Shown: positions 28,076 to 36,205 of the stretch, in pieces
How positions within the stretch are numbered: the stretch's first letter is position 1
How the letters are laid out: each line of letters opens with the position of its first letter
DNA from: Phycisphaerae bacterium
GTDB taxonomy: Bacteria; Planctomycetota; Phycisphaerae; UBA1845
Direction: 5' to 3'
Assembly: GCA_035344155.1 (NCBI GenBank)
Contig: DAORAL010000010.1
Span: 24,118-88,117 of the forward strand
DNA: 64,000 nucleotides
Program-made: the position numbers and the translations under genes
The notes under the pieces: generated by a model
Databases searched by the model: none
What the model saw: the letters and a program-made list of their open reading frames with translations, nothing else
What the model was told of the DNA's origin: nothing

Positions 28076-28609
28076 CTAGGGCGCGACTTTTCCAAGGCGG
28101 ACCATTCGCTCGGGACCGGTGCGGCTGTCGAATCGCTGGAACTCTTCCGCAACGATCTTGTACCCGCACTTGACGTAGCAATCGAGCGCGGGTTTGTTGT
28201 CCGGAAAAACCACCAACGAAACCTTCTTCGCCTTCTCGTCTTCAAACGCTTTTCGTGTGAGCAGGTCCGTCAACAGTCTCCCAAGACCTTCCCGCCGTCG
28301 TTGGCTGTCAATTAAGATATGACCAATCCAAAGGTGCGAGGGGTCGCCCTTCATGGGATTTAGTTCGCCATACCCGCAAGGGATCGATTCCTGCGGCTGA
28401 AACAGCAAGAACGCCTTACCGGTCTTCTTGGTCCAATTCACGACCTTGACCGGGGTTAGCGGATGCGGGGTCCGGGGGGCAAGCCAGCGAAGTTCTGCCG
28501 GCGTCTGAACCCAGGACGCCACCACCGGCGCAAAGAGCGGATCAAACGCACGTAGTTCCCCGCAAATTTCCGGTTCTGTGTGGGCCACCCTACCAATCCC
28601 CGCGATCAT
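28076..28609 (-). CDS. GNAT-family N-acetyltransferase
   Basis: IGHILIDSQRRREGLGRLLTDLL (Q/RxxGxG/A loop), ALDCYVKCGYKIV. Confidence 0.7.
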   Translation of the reverse strand: MIAGIGRVAHTEPEICGELRAFDPLFAPVVASWVQTPAELRWLAPRTPHPLTPVKVVNWTKKTGKAFLLFQPQESIPCGYGELNPMKGDPSHLWIGHILIDSQRRREGLGRLLTDLLTRKAFEDEKAKKVSLVVFPDNKPALDCYVKCGYKIVAEEFQRFDSRTGPERMVRLGKVAP

Positions 28610-28844
28610 CCTGCCAACGGATGACGTCCTTTGGACACATACGAAGCACGTTTGCTGGCGTGATCAGCGGCAGGGCTGTCCTGAACCCGGACCGATAAAA
28701 CCTCGGCAGCATCGCAACGGACAATCGGCGCGATTTTGGCGTCCGGCCCGATCCATCTTTTGCACGTCGCTGGCCCATTCCCGCGTTCTGGACGATAATG
28801 CGGATACACATGAACCCGCTTTGAGGCCCAAACGTAGTGAAGCA

Positions 28845-31037
28845 ATGAAGTCACGACAGACTCGAACCCCGAAAGCAAGATCCCCCATGCCCCCAAGTCA
28901 CCATCCGTGTTCGATCCCGACCTGTCGGCGGGTGGCCATCCTTGTCGCCGTCATCTTACTGACGACCAGTCTGCCAGCCTACGGTTATATCGGCCCCGGA
29001 GCAGGGTTTGCTGTCCTTGGATCGTTCATGGTCTTTTTTGTGGCCATGCTGTCTGCAGTATTAACCTTATTCACCTGGCCCATCCGGTGGTTATTCCGCT
29101 CCATTCGTGGACGAATAACGTATCGCCATGCGAAAATTAAGCGCGCGGTAATTGTCGGACTCGACGGAATGGAACCAACCCTCGTCGAGAAATACATCGC
29201 TGAAGGGAAGATGCCCAACCTCAAGAAGCTGCGCGAACAGGGTTGCTACAAGAAACTCGGCACCACGCTCCCACCGCTAAGCCCTGTGGCATGGTCGTCA
29301 TTTCTCACCGGTTGCAATCCCGGCAAGCACAACATCTTTGACTTCCTCACCGTCGATCGGCGCAACTATCTGCCCACGCTTTCAAGCGTGCACATCGGCG
29401 GGTCGTCGCGCAGTTTGAAAATCGGTAAATACGTCGTGCCCATCGGCAAGCCCGCGATCCGTTTGCTGCGCAAGGGCAAACCATTTTGGAACTACCTCGG
29501 CGAGCACAACATCTTCTCCGACATCATCCGCGTCCCGATCACCTTCCCTCCGGAAAAGTTTCGCGGCGTGTTGCTTTCGGCGATGTGTGTGCCCGACCTG
29601 CGCGGCAGCCAGGGGACGTTCAGCTTTTATTCAACCAAGAAAACCGACGAACTTCCGTACACCGGCGGAGAACAGATTCACGTCGTGCGCGAAGGGCAGC
29701 GCATCAAGTCGCATCTCGTCGGACCGGAGAACAGTCTCCGCGTCGATGGCGGTGTGATGAAAGCGCCGTTTGAAGTCACGATCACCGGCAAGGACTCAGC
29801 CACGCTCAGTCTCTGCGGCGAAAAAATCGAACTGAAAAAAGACGAATATACGCCGTGGATTCGCTTTCATTTCAAAGCGGCTCCGGGCATCAAGGTGCAC
29901 GGCATCTGCCAGTTCCTTCTAAAAAACACCGAACCGGAATTTGAGCTGTACGTCACACCGCTGCAGATCGATCCGGAAAAACCGGCAATGCCGATCTCGC
30001 ATCCGACCGTCTACTCGACCTACTTGGCCAAGTCGCAAGGCTCGTTCGCCACGCTCGGATTAGCCGAGGACACCTGGGCGCTCAACGAACAAATTCTCGA
30101 AGATCCGTCCTTCCTCCACCAGTGCACCGAAGCCGACAGCGAGCGCGAAGTCATGCTCGACGACGCCTTGAGCAAACTCAAACGCGGACTCGTCTGCTGC
30201 GTGTTCGACGGGACCGACCGCATCCAGCACATGTTCTGGCGCTACATCGACAAGGATCACCCGGGTCACGACGGTTTCGGCGAAGTGCGATTGAAGAACG
30301 CCATCCCCGAACTCTACGAACGGATGGACAAACTTGTCGGAAAAACGATGGCCAAGTGCGAACAGGACGACACATTGCTCATGGTCATCAGCGACCACGG
30401 ATTCAAAACCTTCCGCTACGGCATCGACCTGAATCGCTGGCTCATCGACAACGGGTACATGGTGCTCAAGAAGCCAGCCGAAGGTGAGCGCTACCTAGCC
30501 ACCGTCGACTGGTCCAAGACCAAAGCCTACGCCCTCGGACTTGCGGGCATTTATCTCAACGTCGCCAACCGCGAAAGCCAGGGCATCGTCAACGAAGGCA
30601 AGGAAGCCGACGACCTCCGCGTCGAGCTTTGCGAAAAACTTTCCGGCCTCATCGATCCGCGCCGCAACGAGATCGCCGTCAACCGCGCGTACAGCGCCCG
30701 GCAGTCTTACAAAGGGCCATACGCCGAGCACGCCCCCGACATCATTGTCGGATACAACGAAGGCTATCGCGTTTCATGGGAAGCCGCCGTCGGCGATGTC
30801 ACCGACAACGTATTCTGCGACAACACCAAGGCGTGGAGCGGCGACCACTGCATCGATCCGAAGATCGTGCCGGGCATTCTCTTTTGCAACAAACCGATCG
30901 AAGACGCCAACCCGCGATTGCTCGACCTCGGGCCAACGGTGATGAAACTCTTCGGCGTCAACGTTCCCAAGCATATGGACGGCAAACCGCTGAACGTGCA
31001 AGTCAACGGCGCCGCGTCGAAAGGAGCGGCTGCATGA
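28845..31037 (+). CDS. Alkaline-phosphatase-superfamily protein (type I phosphodiesterase/nucleotide pyrophosphatase-like), membrane anchored
   Basis: VIVGLDGMEP (metal Asp), TTLPPLSPVAWSSFLTG (nucleophile region), VISDHGF, AWSGDHC. N-terminal TM pair with a YIGPGAGF motif. The ORF-track start at 28578 was trimmed to ATG 28845. Confidence 0.8.
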   Translation: MKSRQTRTPKARSPMPPSHHPCSIPTCRRVAILVAVILLTTSLPAYGYIGPGAGFAVLGSFMVFFVAMLSAVLTLFTWPIRWLFRSIRGRITYRHAKIKRAVIVGLDGMEPTLVEKYIAEGKMPNLKKLREQGCYKKLGTTLPPLSPVAWSSFLTGCNPGKHNIFDFLTVDRRNYLPTLSSVHIGGSSRSLKIGKYVVPIGKPAIRLLRKGKPFWNYLGEHNIFSDIIRVPITFPPEKFRGVLLSAMCVPDLRGSQGTFSFYSTKKTDELPYTGGEQIHVVREGQRIKSHLVGPENSLRVDGGVMKAPFEVTITGKDSATLSLCGEKIELKKDEYTPWIRFHFKAAPGIKVHGICQFLLKNTEPEFELYVTPLQIDPEKPAMPISHPTVYSTYLAKSQGSFATLGLAEDTWALNEQILEDPSFLHQCTEADSEREVMLDDALSKLKRGLVCCVFDGTDRIQHMFWRYIDKDHPGHDGFGEVRLKNAIPELYERMDKLVGKTMAKCEQDDTLLMVISDHGFKTFRYGIDLNRWLIDNGYMVLKKPAEGERYLATVDWSKTKAYALGLAGIYLNVANRESQGIVNEGKEADDLRVELCEKLSGLIDPRRNEIAVNRAYSARQSYKGPYAEHAPDIIVGYNEGYRVSWEAAVGDVTDNVFCDNTKAWSGDHCIDPKIVPGILFCNKPIEDANPRLLDLGPTVMKLFGVNVPKHMDGKPLNVQVNGAASKGAAA

Positions 31038-33157
31038 TTCGAGCTAACTGTAGGGTGGGCCATGCCCACCAATCCGTTGAGCGCGCAAACGGCGGTGGGC
31101 ACGGCCCACCCTACGCGCAGGCAATCGCATTCATACTGTGCGCAGCAATCCTTTGCACAACGGGCATCGCGTGCAACGACGCACCGCGCGCAAAATCCCA
31201 CGGCAAGCAGGTCATCGTCCTCGGCTTCGATGGCATGGACCCGAAGCTTTCCACCGAAATGATCAACCAAGGTCTGCTACCGAACTTCTCCAAGCTCGCC
31301 GACACCGGTTCGTTCAAACCGCTCGGCACATCAACACCCCCGCAAAGCCCGGTCGCATGGACCACGTTCACCACCGGAACCAACCCCGGCGAACACGGCA
31401 TCTTCGACTTCATCCATCGCGATCCGGACACCTATAGCCCCAAATTCTCAACCTCCAACATCAGCAGCGGCGACGTCTGGGCGATCCCGTGGGGACATTG
31501 GAAACTGCCCGTGTGGGGCGAGAGCACGTTGGCCATCGCCCGCAATGGTCGCGCGTTTTGGGAGTACCTGACAGAAGCCGGCATCAATGCCCACATCTAC
31601 CGGATGCCAGCCAACTACCCCCCGTCCGAATCGCCCGGTCCCGGCGACTTTGTCACCCTCACCGACATGGGCACGCCCGACCTGACCGGCAGCCCCGGTG
31701 AAAGTTCGTTCTATACCTCCGGTTCCACGCGAAACATAAAAAACACCGGTGGCGCAAAAGCCTACACCCTCAGCATGAAACCGGTTGGCGGTGATGTCGC
31801 GATCGGCGAATTCCACGGACCGCCCGACGCATTGCTCGATCCCGACAAAGCCACCGAAGATCAACTGTACGAACCGCTCAAGGTTCCGTTCACCATCTAT
31901 CGCAACAAGAAGACCAACTCGGCGCTGATCGAATGGGACGGTGCTCGCGTTCTCCTGCAAGCCGGCGAGTGGAGCGATTGGCAAACGATCAACTTTGGAT
32001 TCGGGCCCACCGTCGCCGGGACTTCGACGCAATCGATGTCGGGCAAGGTGCGCCTGCGTTTGCGCCAGGTTCAACCGACCATCGAACTTTACGTCACGCC
32101 CGTTCAGATCGACCCCGATGCGCCGGCAATGCCGATCAGCATACCAGCCGACCTTTGCACGAAAGTCTCCGAAGCCACCGGACCGTTCTTCACGCAAGGA
32201 CTTCCCGAAGATACCCAGGGACTTCGAGCCGGCATCCTCACACGCGATGAATTCCTCGAGCAAGCCGACCTGATCTTCGCGGAACGCGTGCGCCTGCTCG
32301 ACTACGCCATCGAACACTACACCGACGGATTGCTTTTCTTCTACTTCGGCAGCACCGATCAGGTTGCGCACATGTTCTGGTCCGCGATGGCCGACTCGCA
32401 CCCAGCCCTGACACCCGAAGAAAGCGTCAAATACAGAAACGTCGTTCGCGAAGTCTACATCCAAGCCGACAAGGCGCTTGGCAAAGTCATGGACGCCTTT
32501 CCCGATGCCACCATCATCTGCGTATCCGACCACGGGTTCGCCGACTTCGACCGCGGCGTGAACCTCAACACCTGGCTCATCGAAAACGGATACGCCAAAC
32601 TCAAACCGAACGGCAGTCGCAGCGACACCAGCGGATTCGACTGGAGCGCCACCAAAGCCTACGCTGTCGGTATCAACGGCTTGTATCTCAACATGAGAGG
32701 CCGCGAAAAACACGGCATCGTCAACGAAATCGACAAGACCGACCTGATGAACGAGATCCGCGAGAAGCTCAAGACCATCCGCGACCCGCAGACCGATCGA
32801 TTCGTGATCAAGGAAGTCTACTTCGCCGACGAAGTCTACAGCGGACCGGAAATCATCCACGGACCCGACATGCAGATCGGCTACGCACTCGACTATCGAT
32901 GCGGTTGGCCGACAGCGCTGGGCGGATCACCCAAGACCATGCTGCACGACAACAAGGAAGCCTGGTGCAGCGATCACTGCATCGCCACCGACCTTGTGCC
33001 CGGCGTGATTTTCTCGAACCGCAAGGTGCCGTTTGCTGACCCCGATCTTGAAGACATGGGCCCCTCGATTCTTGCCGCATTTGGAATCGCCAAACCCGAA
33101 ACCATGAAAGGCAGCGACGTTTTCACTGCGAAAGTCGCAACCGCCCAACAGGAGTAA
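31034..33157 (+). CDS. Alkaline-phosphatase-superfamily protein, tandem paralog (lipoprotein-type signal)
   Basis: VIVLGFDGMDP, TSTPPQSPVAWTTFTTG, CVSDHGF, AWCSDHC are collinear with the upstream paralog. AAGGAG RBS at 31021. The ATG overlaps the upstream stop (ATGA). Lipobox-like TTGIAC. Confidence 0.8.
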   Translation: MIRANCRVGHAHQSVERANGGGHGPPYAQAIAFILCAAILCTTGIACNDAPRAKSHGKQVIVLGFDGMDPKLSTEMINQGLLPNFSKLADTGSFKPLGTSTPPQSPVAWTTFTTGTNPGEHGIFDFIHRDPDTYSPKFSTSNISSGDVWAIPWGHWKLPVWGESTLAIARNGRAFWEYLTEAGINAHIYRMPANYPPSESPGPGDFVTLTDMGTPDLTGSPGESSFYTSGSTRNIKNTGGAKAYTLSMKPVGGDVAIGEFHGPPDALLDPDKATEDQLYEPLKVPFTIYRNKKTNSALIEWDGARVLLQAGEWSDWQTINFGFGPTVAGTSTQSMSGKVRLRLRQVQPTIELYVTPVQIDPDAPAMPISIPADLCTKVSEATGPFFTQGLPEDTQGLRAGILTRDEFLEQADLIFAERVRLLDYAIEHYTDGLLFFYFGSTDQVAHMFWSAMADSHPALTPEESVKYRNVVREVYIQADKALGKVMDAFPDATIICVSDHGFADFDRGVNLNTWLIENGYAKLKPNGSRSDTSGFDWSATKAYAVGINGLYLNMRGREKHGIVNEIDKTDLMNEIREKLKTIRDPQTDRFVIKEVYFADEVYSGPEIIHGPDMQIGYALDYRCGWPTALGGSPKTMLHDNKEAWCSDHCIATDLVPGVIFSNRKVPFADPDLEDMGPSILAAFGIAKPETMKGSDVFTAKVATAQQE
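31050..31114. repeat. Nested palindromic element: 21-nt arms GTAGGGTGGGCCATGCCCACC / GGTGGGCACGGCCCACCCTAC
   Basis: Arms are complementary at 20 of 21 positions. Each arm is itself a hairpin (GGTGGGC-N3-GCCCACC). Lies 13 nt inside the second AP-family CDS. Confidence 0.6.
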
Positions 33158-33165
33158 CCAAAACG

Positions 33166-33354
33166 ATGGCCACCAAAATCAAAATCGAATCGTCGCTCTA
33201 CGACCGCGTCGCCAAAGTCGCCGACATTGCTGGCTATGCGAATGCCGAAGAGTTCATCACCCACATGATCGAAAAAGAGTTGGCCAAGCTCGAGTCGGCT
33301 GGCTCGCCCGAAGAAGTGACCGAACGCCTTAAAGGTCTGGGGTACCTGGAATAA
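33166..33354 (+). CDS. Small hypothetical protein, ribbon-helix-helix-like (62 aa)
   Basis: Predicted beta-strand (KIKIESSLYDRV) followed by helices (AEEFITHMIEKELAKLE). Directly follows the AP paralogs. Confidence 0.4.
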   Translation: MATKIKIESSLYDRVAKVADIAGYANAEEFITHMIEKELAKLESAGSPEEVTERLKGLGYLE

Positions 33355-33427
33355 CCAAACGATTAAGTGTGCCACTGGCTGCCAGCCAGCCAGTGTTTTC
33401 GGATTCAATCAAACGCAGTAGCAACGC

Positions 33428-34300
33428 ATGAACACCATCAACCGCATCATGACTGCCGTCTTCGACGCTTGCTTTTCAATCATGGAAAGCTGGCCCGGCT
33501 GGCTGTCGCTGACCTTCTGGTCGAGCATCACCGGCGTCGTGGCGTTGCTGATTTACAAGTACACGTCGAATCAGAAAGCCATCGGGCAAGTTCGCGACGA
33601 CATCAAAGCCAACCTGCTCGCGGTCAAACTGTTCAAGGAAGAACTGGGCGTCACGCTGAAAGCGCAGGGGCGCATCCTGTGGGCGGCATGTCGATTGCTT
33701 TGGTATTCACTGGTGCCGCTCGCGGTCATGATGATCCCGATGTCGCTCCTCATCATCCAGATGTCGTTTCGCTACGAGTGGCGACCCATGCTTCCGGGCG
33801 AAACGATTCTGCTGCGTGCGGAGTTAGCCGACGGCAAGATCGCCACCGACGCAGACGCCAGCATCAAAGTCGCCAGCGCATCGGATTCGCCCGGCGCCAT
33901 CGAAGTCAAAGCGCAGCACGCCATCTTCGACGACTTCGAGGGTCGCCCGAAACGAAACGAAGTCATCTGGCGCATCCAAGCCAACAAGCCGGGCCGCCAC
34001 ATCGTGACCGTCTCCGTCGATGGCGACGAAGCGTCGAAAGAAATCCAGGTCAGCGACAACCGCTACGCCCGCATCAGCCCGGTCCGCGCGGGGGCCGACT
34101 TTCTCGAACAGGCGATTTACCCGGTCGAAAACGCTGCATCCTCGGGCGATACCATCCAGCGCATCGAACTCGACCTAGTCAATTTTCCCAAGAACGAAAC
34201 ACCGATCTTCGGCTTCAATGTTCATTGGGTTATCAGCTTTTTGGTCATCTCGATCATCGCAGCCCTCATCATCAAACCGGTCTTGAAGGTGCGCATCTGA
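33428..34300 (+). CDS. Hypothetical membrane protein
   Basis: At least three hydrophobic helices (N-terminal pair and C-terminal WVISFLVISIIAALII). Codon usage is consistent with the neighbours. The overlapping ORF 33367-34359 is Arg/His-rich and was rejected. Confidence 0.5.
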   Translation: MNTINRIMTAVFDACFSIMESWPGWLSLTFWSSITGVVALLIYKYTSNQKAIGQVRDDIKANLLAVKLFKEELGVTLKAQGRILWAACRLLWYSLVPLAVMMIPMSLLIIQMSFRYEWRPMLPGETILLRAELADGKIATDADASIKVASASDSPGAIEVKAQHAIFDDFEGRPKRNEVIWRIQANKPGRHIVTVSVDGDEASKEIQVSDNRYARISPVRAGADFLEQAIYPVENAASSGDTIQRIELDLVNFPKNETPIFGFNVHWVISFLVISIIAALIIKPVLKVRI

Positions 34301-34363
34301 CACCCGGTAGTGTTCGTGTTAAACTTCAAGCAACCAATGCAAATAGCGGGGCAACGTAGCGCC

Positions 34364-34447
34364 GTCATTCCCGCGCAGGCGGGAATCCAGGTACGAGCGC
34401 GATACCCCAAAAAACCGCACTGGACTCCCGCCTGCGCGGGAGTGACG
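34364..34447. repeat. REP-like cores, copy D: head-to-head pair (GTCATTCCCGCGCAGGCGGGAATCCAG ... CTGGACTCCCGCCTGCGCGGGAGTGAC)
   Basis: Two inverted copies of the core about 30 nt apart, in the intergenic space between 33428-34300 and pepE. Confidence 0.65.
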
Positions 34448-34496
34448 AACAAGGGCGCGAAATAAGTTTGCAAAGCCAGCAAGAGTGGAGCGCACA

Positions 34497-35204
34497 ATGA
34501 AAATTCTCCTGGGAAGCGGCGGATTCCGAACCGACGAGCGAAAAGCCAACCTCGCGGCCATGATGCAGAAGCATTTCGGGCAGATCAAAACGCTGCTGTT
34601 CGTCCCCTACGCCCTGCACGATCACGACGCCTACGAAGCGCTCATCACCGACAACAACCTGCACGGCGACTACGAAATCCAAGGCATTCATCGAACCGAC
34701 GATCCCAAGCGCGCCGTCGAGGCGGCTGACGGTATCTACGTGGGCGGCGGCAACACGTTTCGCCTGCTCAAATCGCTGTACGACCTTGACCTGCTCGACG
34801 TCATTCGCGACCGCGTGCACGCAGGGATGCCCTATCTTGGAATCAGCGCCGGCACCAACGTCGCCTGCCCGACGATGATGACCACCAACGACATGCCGAT
34901 CTGCATGCCGCCATCGTTCGACGCACTCGGACTCGTCCCCTTCCAGATCAACGCCCATTACTTTTTCGGAAGCACATACATCAAGGAAAGTGACACATAC
35001 TGTCAGCACTTCGGCGAAACCCGCGACGACCGCCTCCGCGAATTCCACGAAATGAACGACGCCCCCGTCGTCGGCCTATGGGAGGGCGGCATGATCCAGG
35101 TCATCGAAGGCCAAGCAACGCTGCACGCCACCCCGGCCCGACTGTTTCGAAAGGGCCAAGATCCCATTGACCTGCAACCGGGTGATGCGATCGATCACGA
35201 GTGA
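34497..35204 (+). CDS. pepE: Dipeptidase E (peptidase S51)
   Basis: MKILLGSGGF..., GIYVGGGNTFRLLKSLY, YLGISAGTNVACPTMMTTNDMPI. GGAG upstream of ATG 34497. Confidence 0.85.
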   Translation: MKILLGSGGFRTDERKANLAAMMQKHFGQIKTLLFVPYALHDHDAYEALITDNNLHGDYEIQGIHRTDDPKRAVEAADGIYVGGGNTFRLLKSLYDLDLLDVIRDRVHAGMPYLGISAGTNVACPTMMTTNDMPICMPPSFDALGLVPFQINAHYFFGSTYIKESDTYCQHFGETRDDRLREFHEMNDAPVVGLWEGGMIQVIEGQATLHATPARLFRKGQDPIDLQPGDAIDHE

Positions 35205-35317
35205 CTGGCAGCGCAAGAGTTGCTTAAACCATTAAAAACAAACGTGTTACGACGCCACTTGGGCCAGAGGTCACCCATCGGCAGACCAGCGTTCCAAGGC
35301 TTGTTAAACTGGTTTGC

Positions 35318-35575
35318 ATGTTGATTGTAGACATCAACGAAATCAGCAATCATTTCGACGCACTGTTGGAACTGGTAGCCAACGGTAAATCAATCATCAT
35401 CACGAAAGCTGGCAAACCCATCGCCCGGCTCACCCCCATCAAAGAAGCGCCCCATGATCGCACCGGTGGACAATGGAAAGGGCGCGTAAAGCTCCACGGA
35501 GACTTCGACGCACCATTTCCCGAAGATGTTGCTGCACCTTTCGGCGCAAAGACGCGCAAAGGAAAGCTGCCATGA
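35318..35575 (+). CDS. Phd/YefM-family antitoxin
   Basis: MLIVDINEISNHFDALLELVANGKSIIITKAGKPIARLTPI, plus a C-terminal DFDAPFPEDVAAPF tail typical of VapB/Phd-type antitoxins. Confidence 0.8.
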   Translation: MLIVDINEISNHFDALLELVANGKSIIITKAGKPIARLTPIKEAPHDRTGGQWKGRVKLHGDFDAPFPEDVAAPFGAKTRKGKLP

Positions 35576-36189
35576 CTACCATGAACAAGACCAGAAAAAC
35601 GAAAGCCAAGAAACCACCCATCCGCATGCTGACCAAAGCGCGGGTGGCTGGTGCGATTGAAACGATGATGGCGCCTTCGGGTGGGGAGCGTTTCGGAGCC
35701 GGTAAAGCCGTCTACGTTACCGCCGAAAAAGACCCTGCCCGCGTATATCCGTACTTCGATCAGATCGCATCACTCCTCGATAGCAAGAGCAAGATCATGC
35801 GTTGGGAGTCGCTTCGAACGCTCGGCGCGCTGGCGGCTGTCGATGGCGACAAGAAACTGAGCGCCTACCTTCCTAAGTACTTGGCGTTCATCCGTGGCGA
35901 CAACATGATCAGTGCGGCCAACGCGGTGAAAGGCGCTTCGCTCATCGCCCAAGCCCGTCCCGATGTGCTCGATCGCGTTTTGAAATCGTACCTGGCCGTC
36001 GAGCGCGCCGAGTACGAAACCGACGAATGTCGCAACGTCGTGATCGGACAGGTGCTCGATTCGCTCGAAAGACTTGGCCCGCAAGTCTGCAACCGCCCCA
36101 AGGTCAAAGCGTTCATCAAACGCCAGCAGAAAAATACCCGCGCGTCAGTCGCCAAATGCGCCAAGCGGCTGACAGCAGAATTGAATTGA
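35572..36189 (+). CDS. Hypothetical all-helical (HEAT/ARM-like) protein, translationally coupled to the Phd antitoxin
   Basis: The ATG overlaps the antitoxin TGA (ATGA). 205 aa with a basic N-terminus (KTRKTKAKKPP). No PIN, RelE, Doc or GNAT motifs were recognised. Confidence 0.5.
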   Translation: MTTMNKTRKTKAKKPPIRMLTKARVAGAIETMMAPSGGERFGAGKAVYVTAEKDPARVYPYFDQIASLLDSKSKIMRWESLRTLGALAAVDGDKKLSAYLPKYLAFIRGDNMISAANAVKGASLIAQARPDVLDRVLKSYLAVERAEYETDECRNVVIGQVLDSLERLGPQVCNRPKVKAFIKRQQKNTRASVAKCAKRLTAELN

Positions 36190-36205
36190 AGCGGAGTTCG
36201 CGGAG

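Noticed and set aside
30629-31033. N-terminal extensions proposed by the ORF track: 30629 for the second AP gene, 28578 for the first, 18156 for the TPR gene, 37952 for the CarboxypepD_reg gene, 26315 for the protease, 35473 for the Phd partner.
   Set aside because: The extensions overlap the preceding gene in another frame, are Arg-rich, and precede clear RBS plus ATG and signal-peptide starts.
33367-34359. 330-aa ORF overlapping the membrane-protein gene in another frame.
   Set aside because: Its translation is His/Arg/Pro-rich with no hydrophobic or domain structure. The alternative frame (33428-34300) gives a sensible membrane protein.
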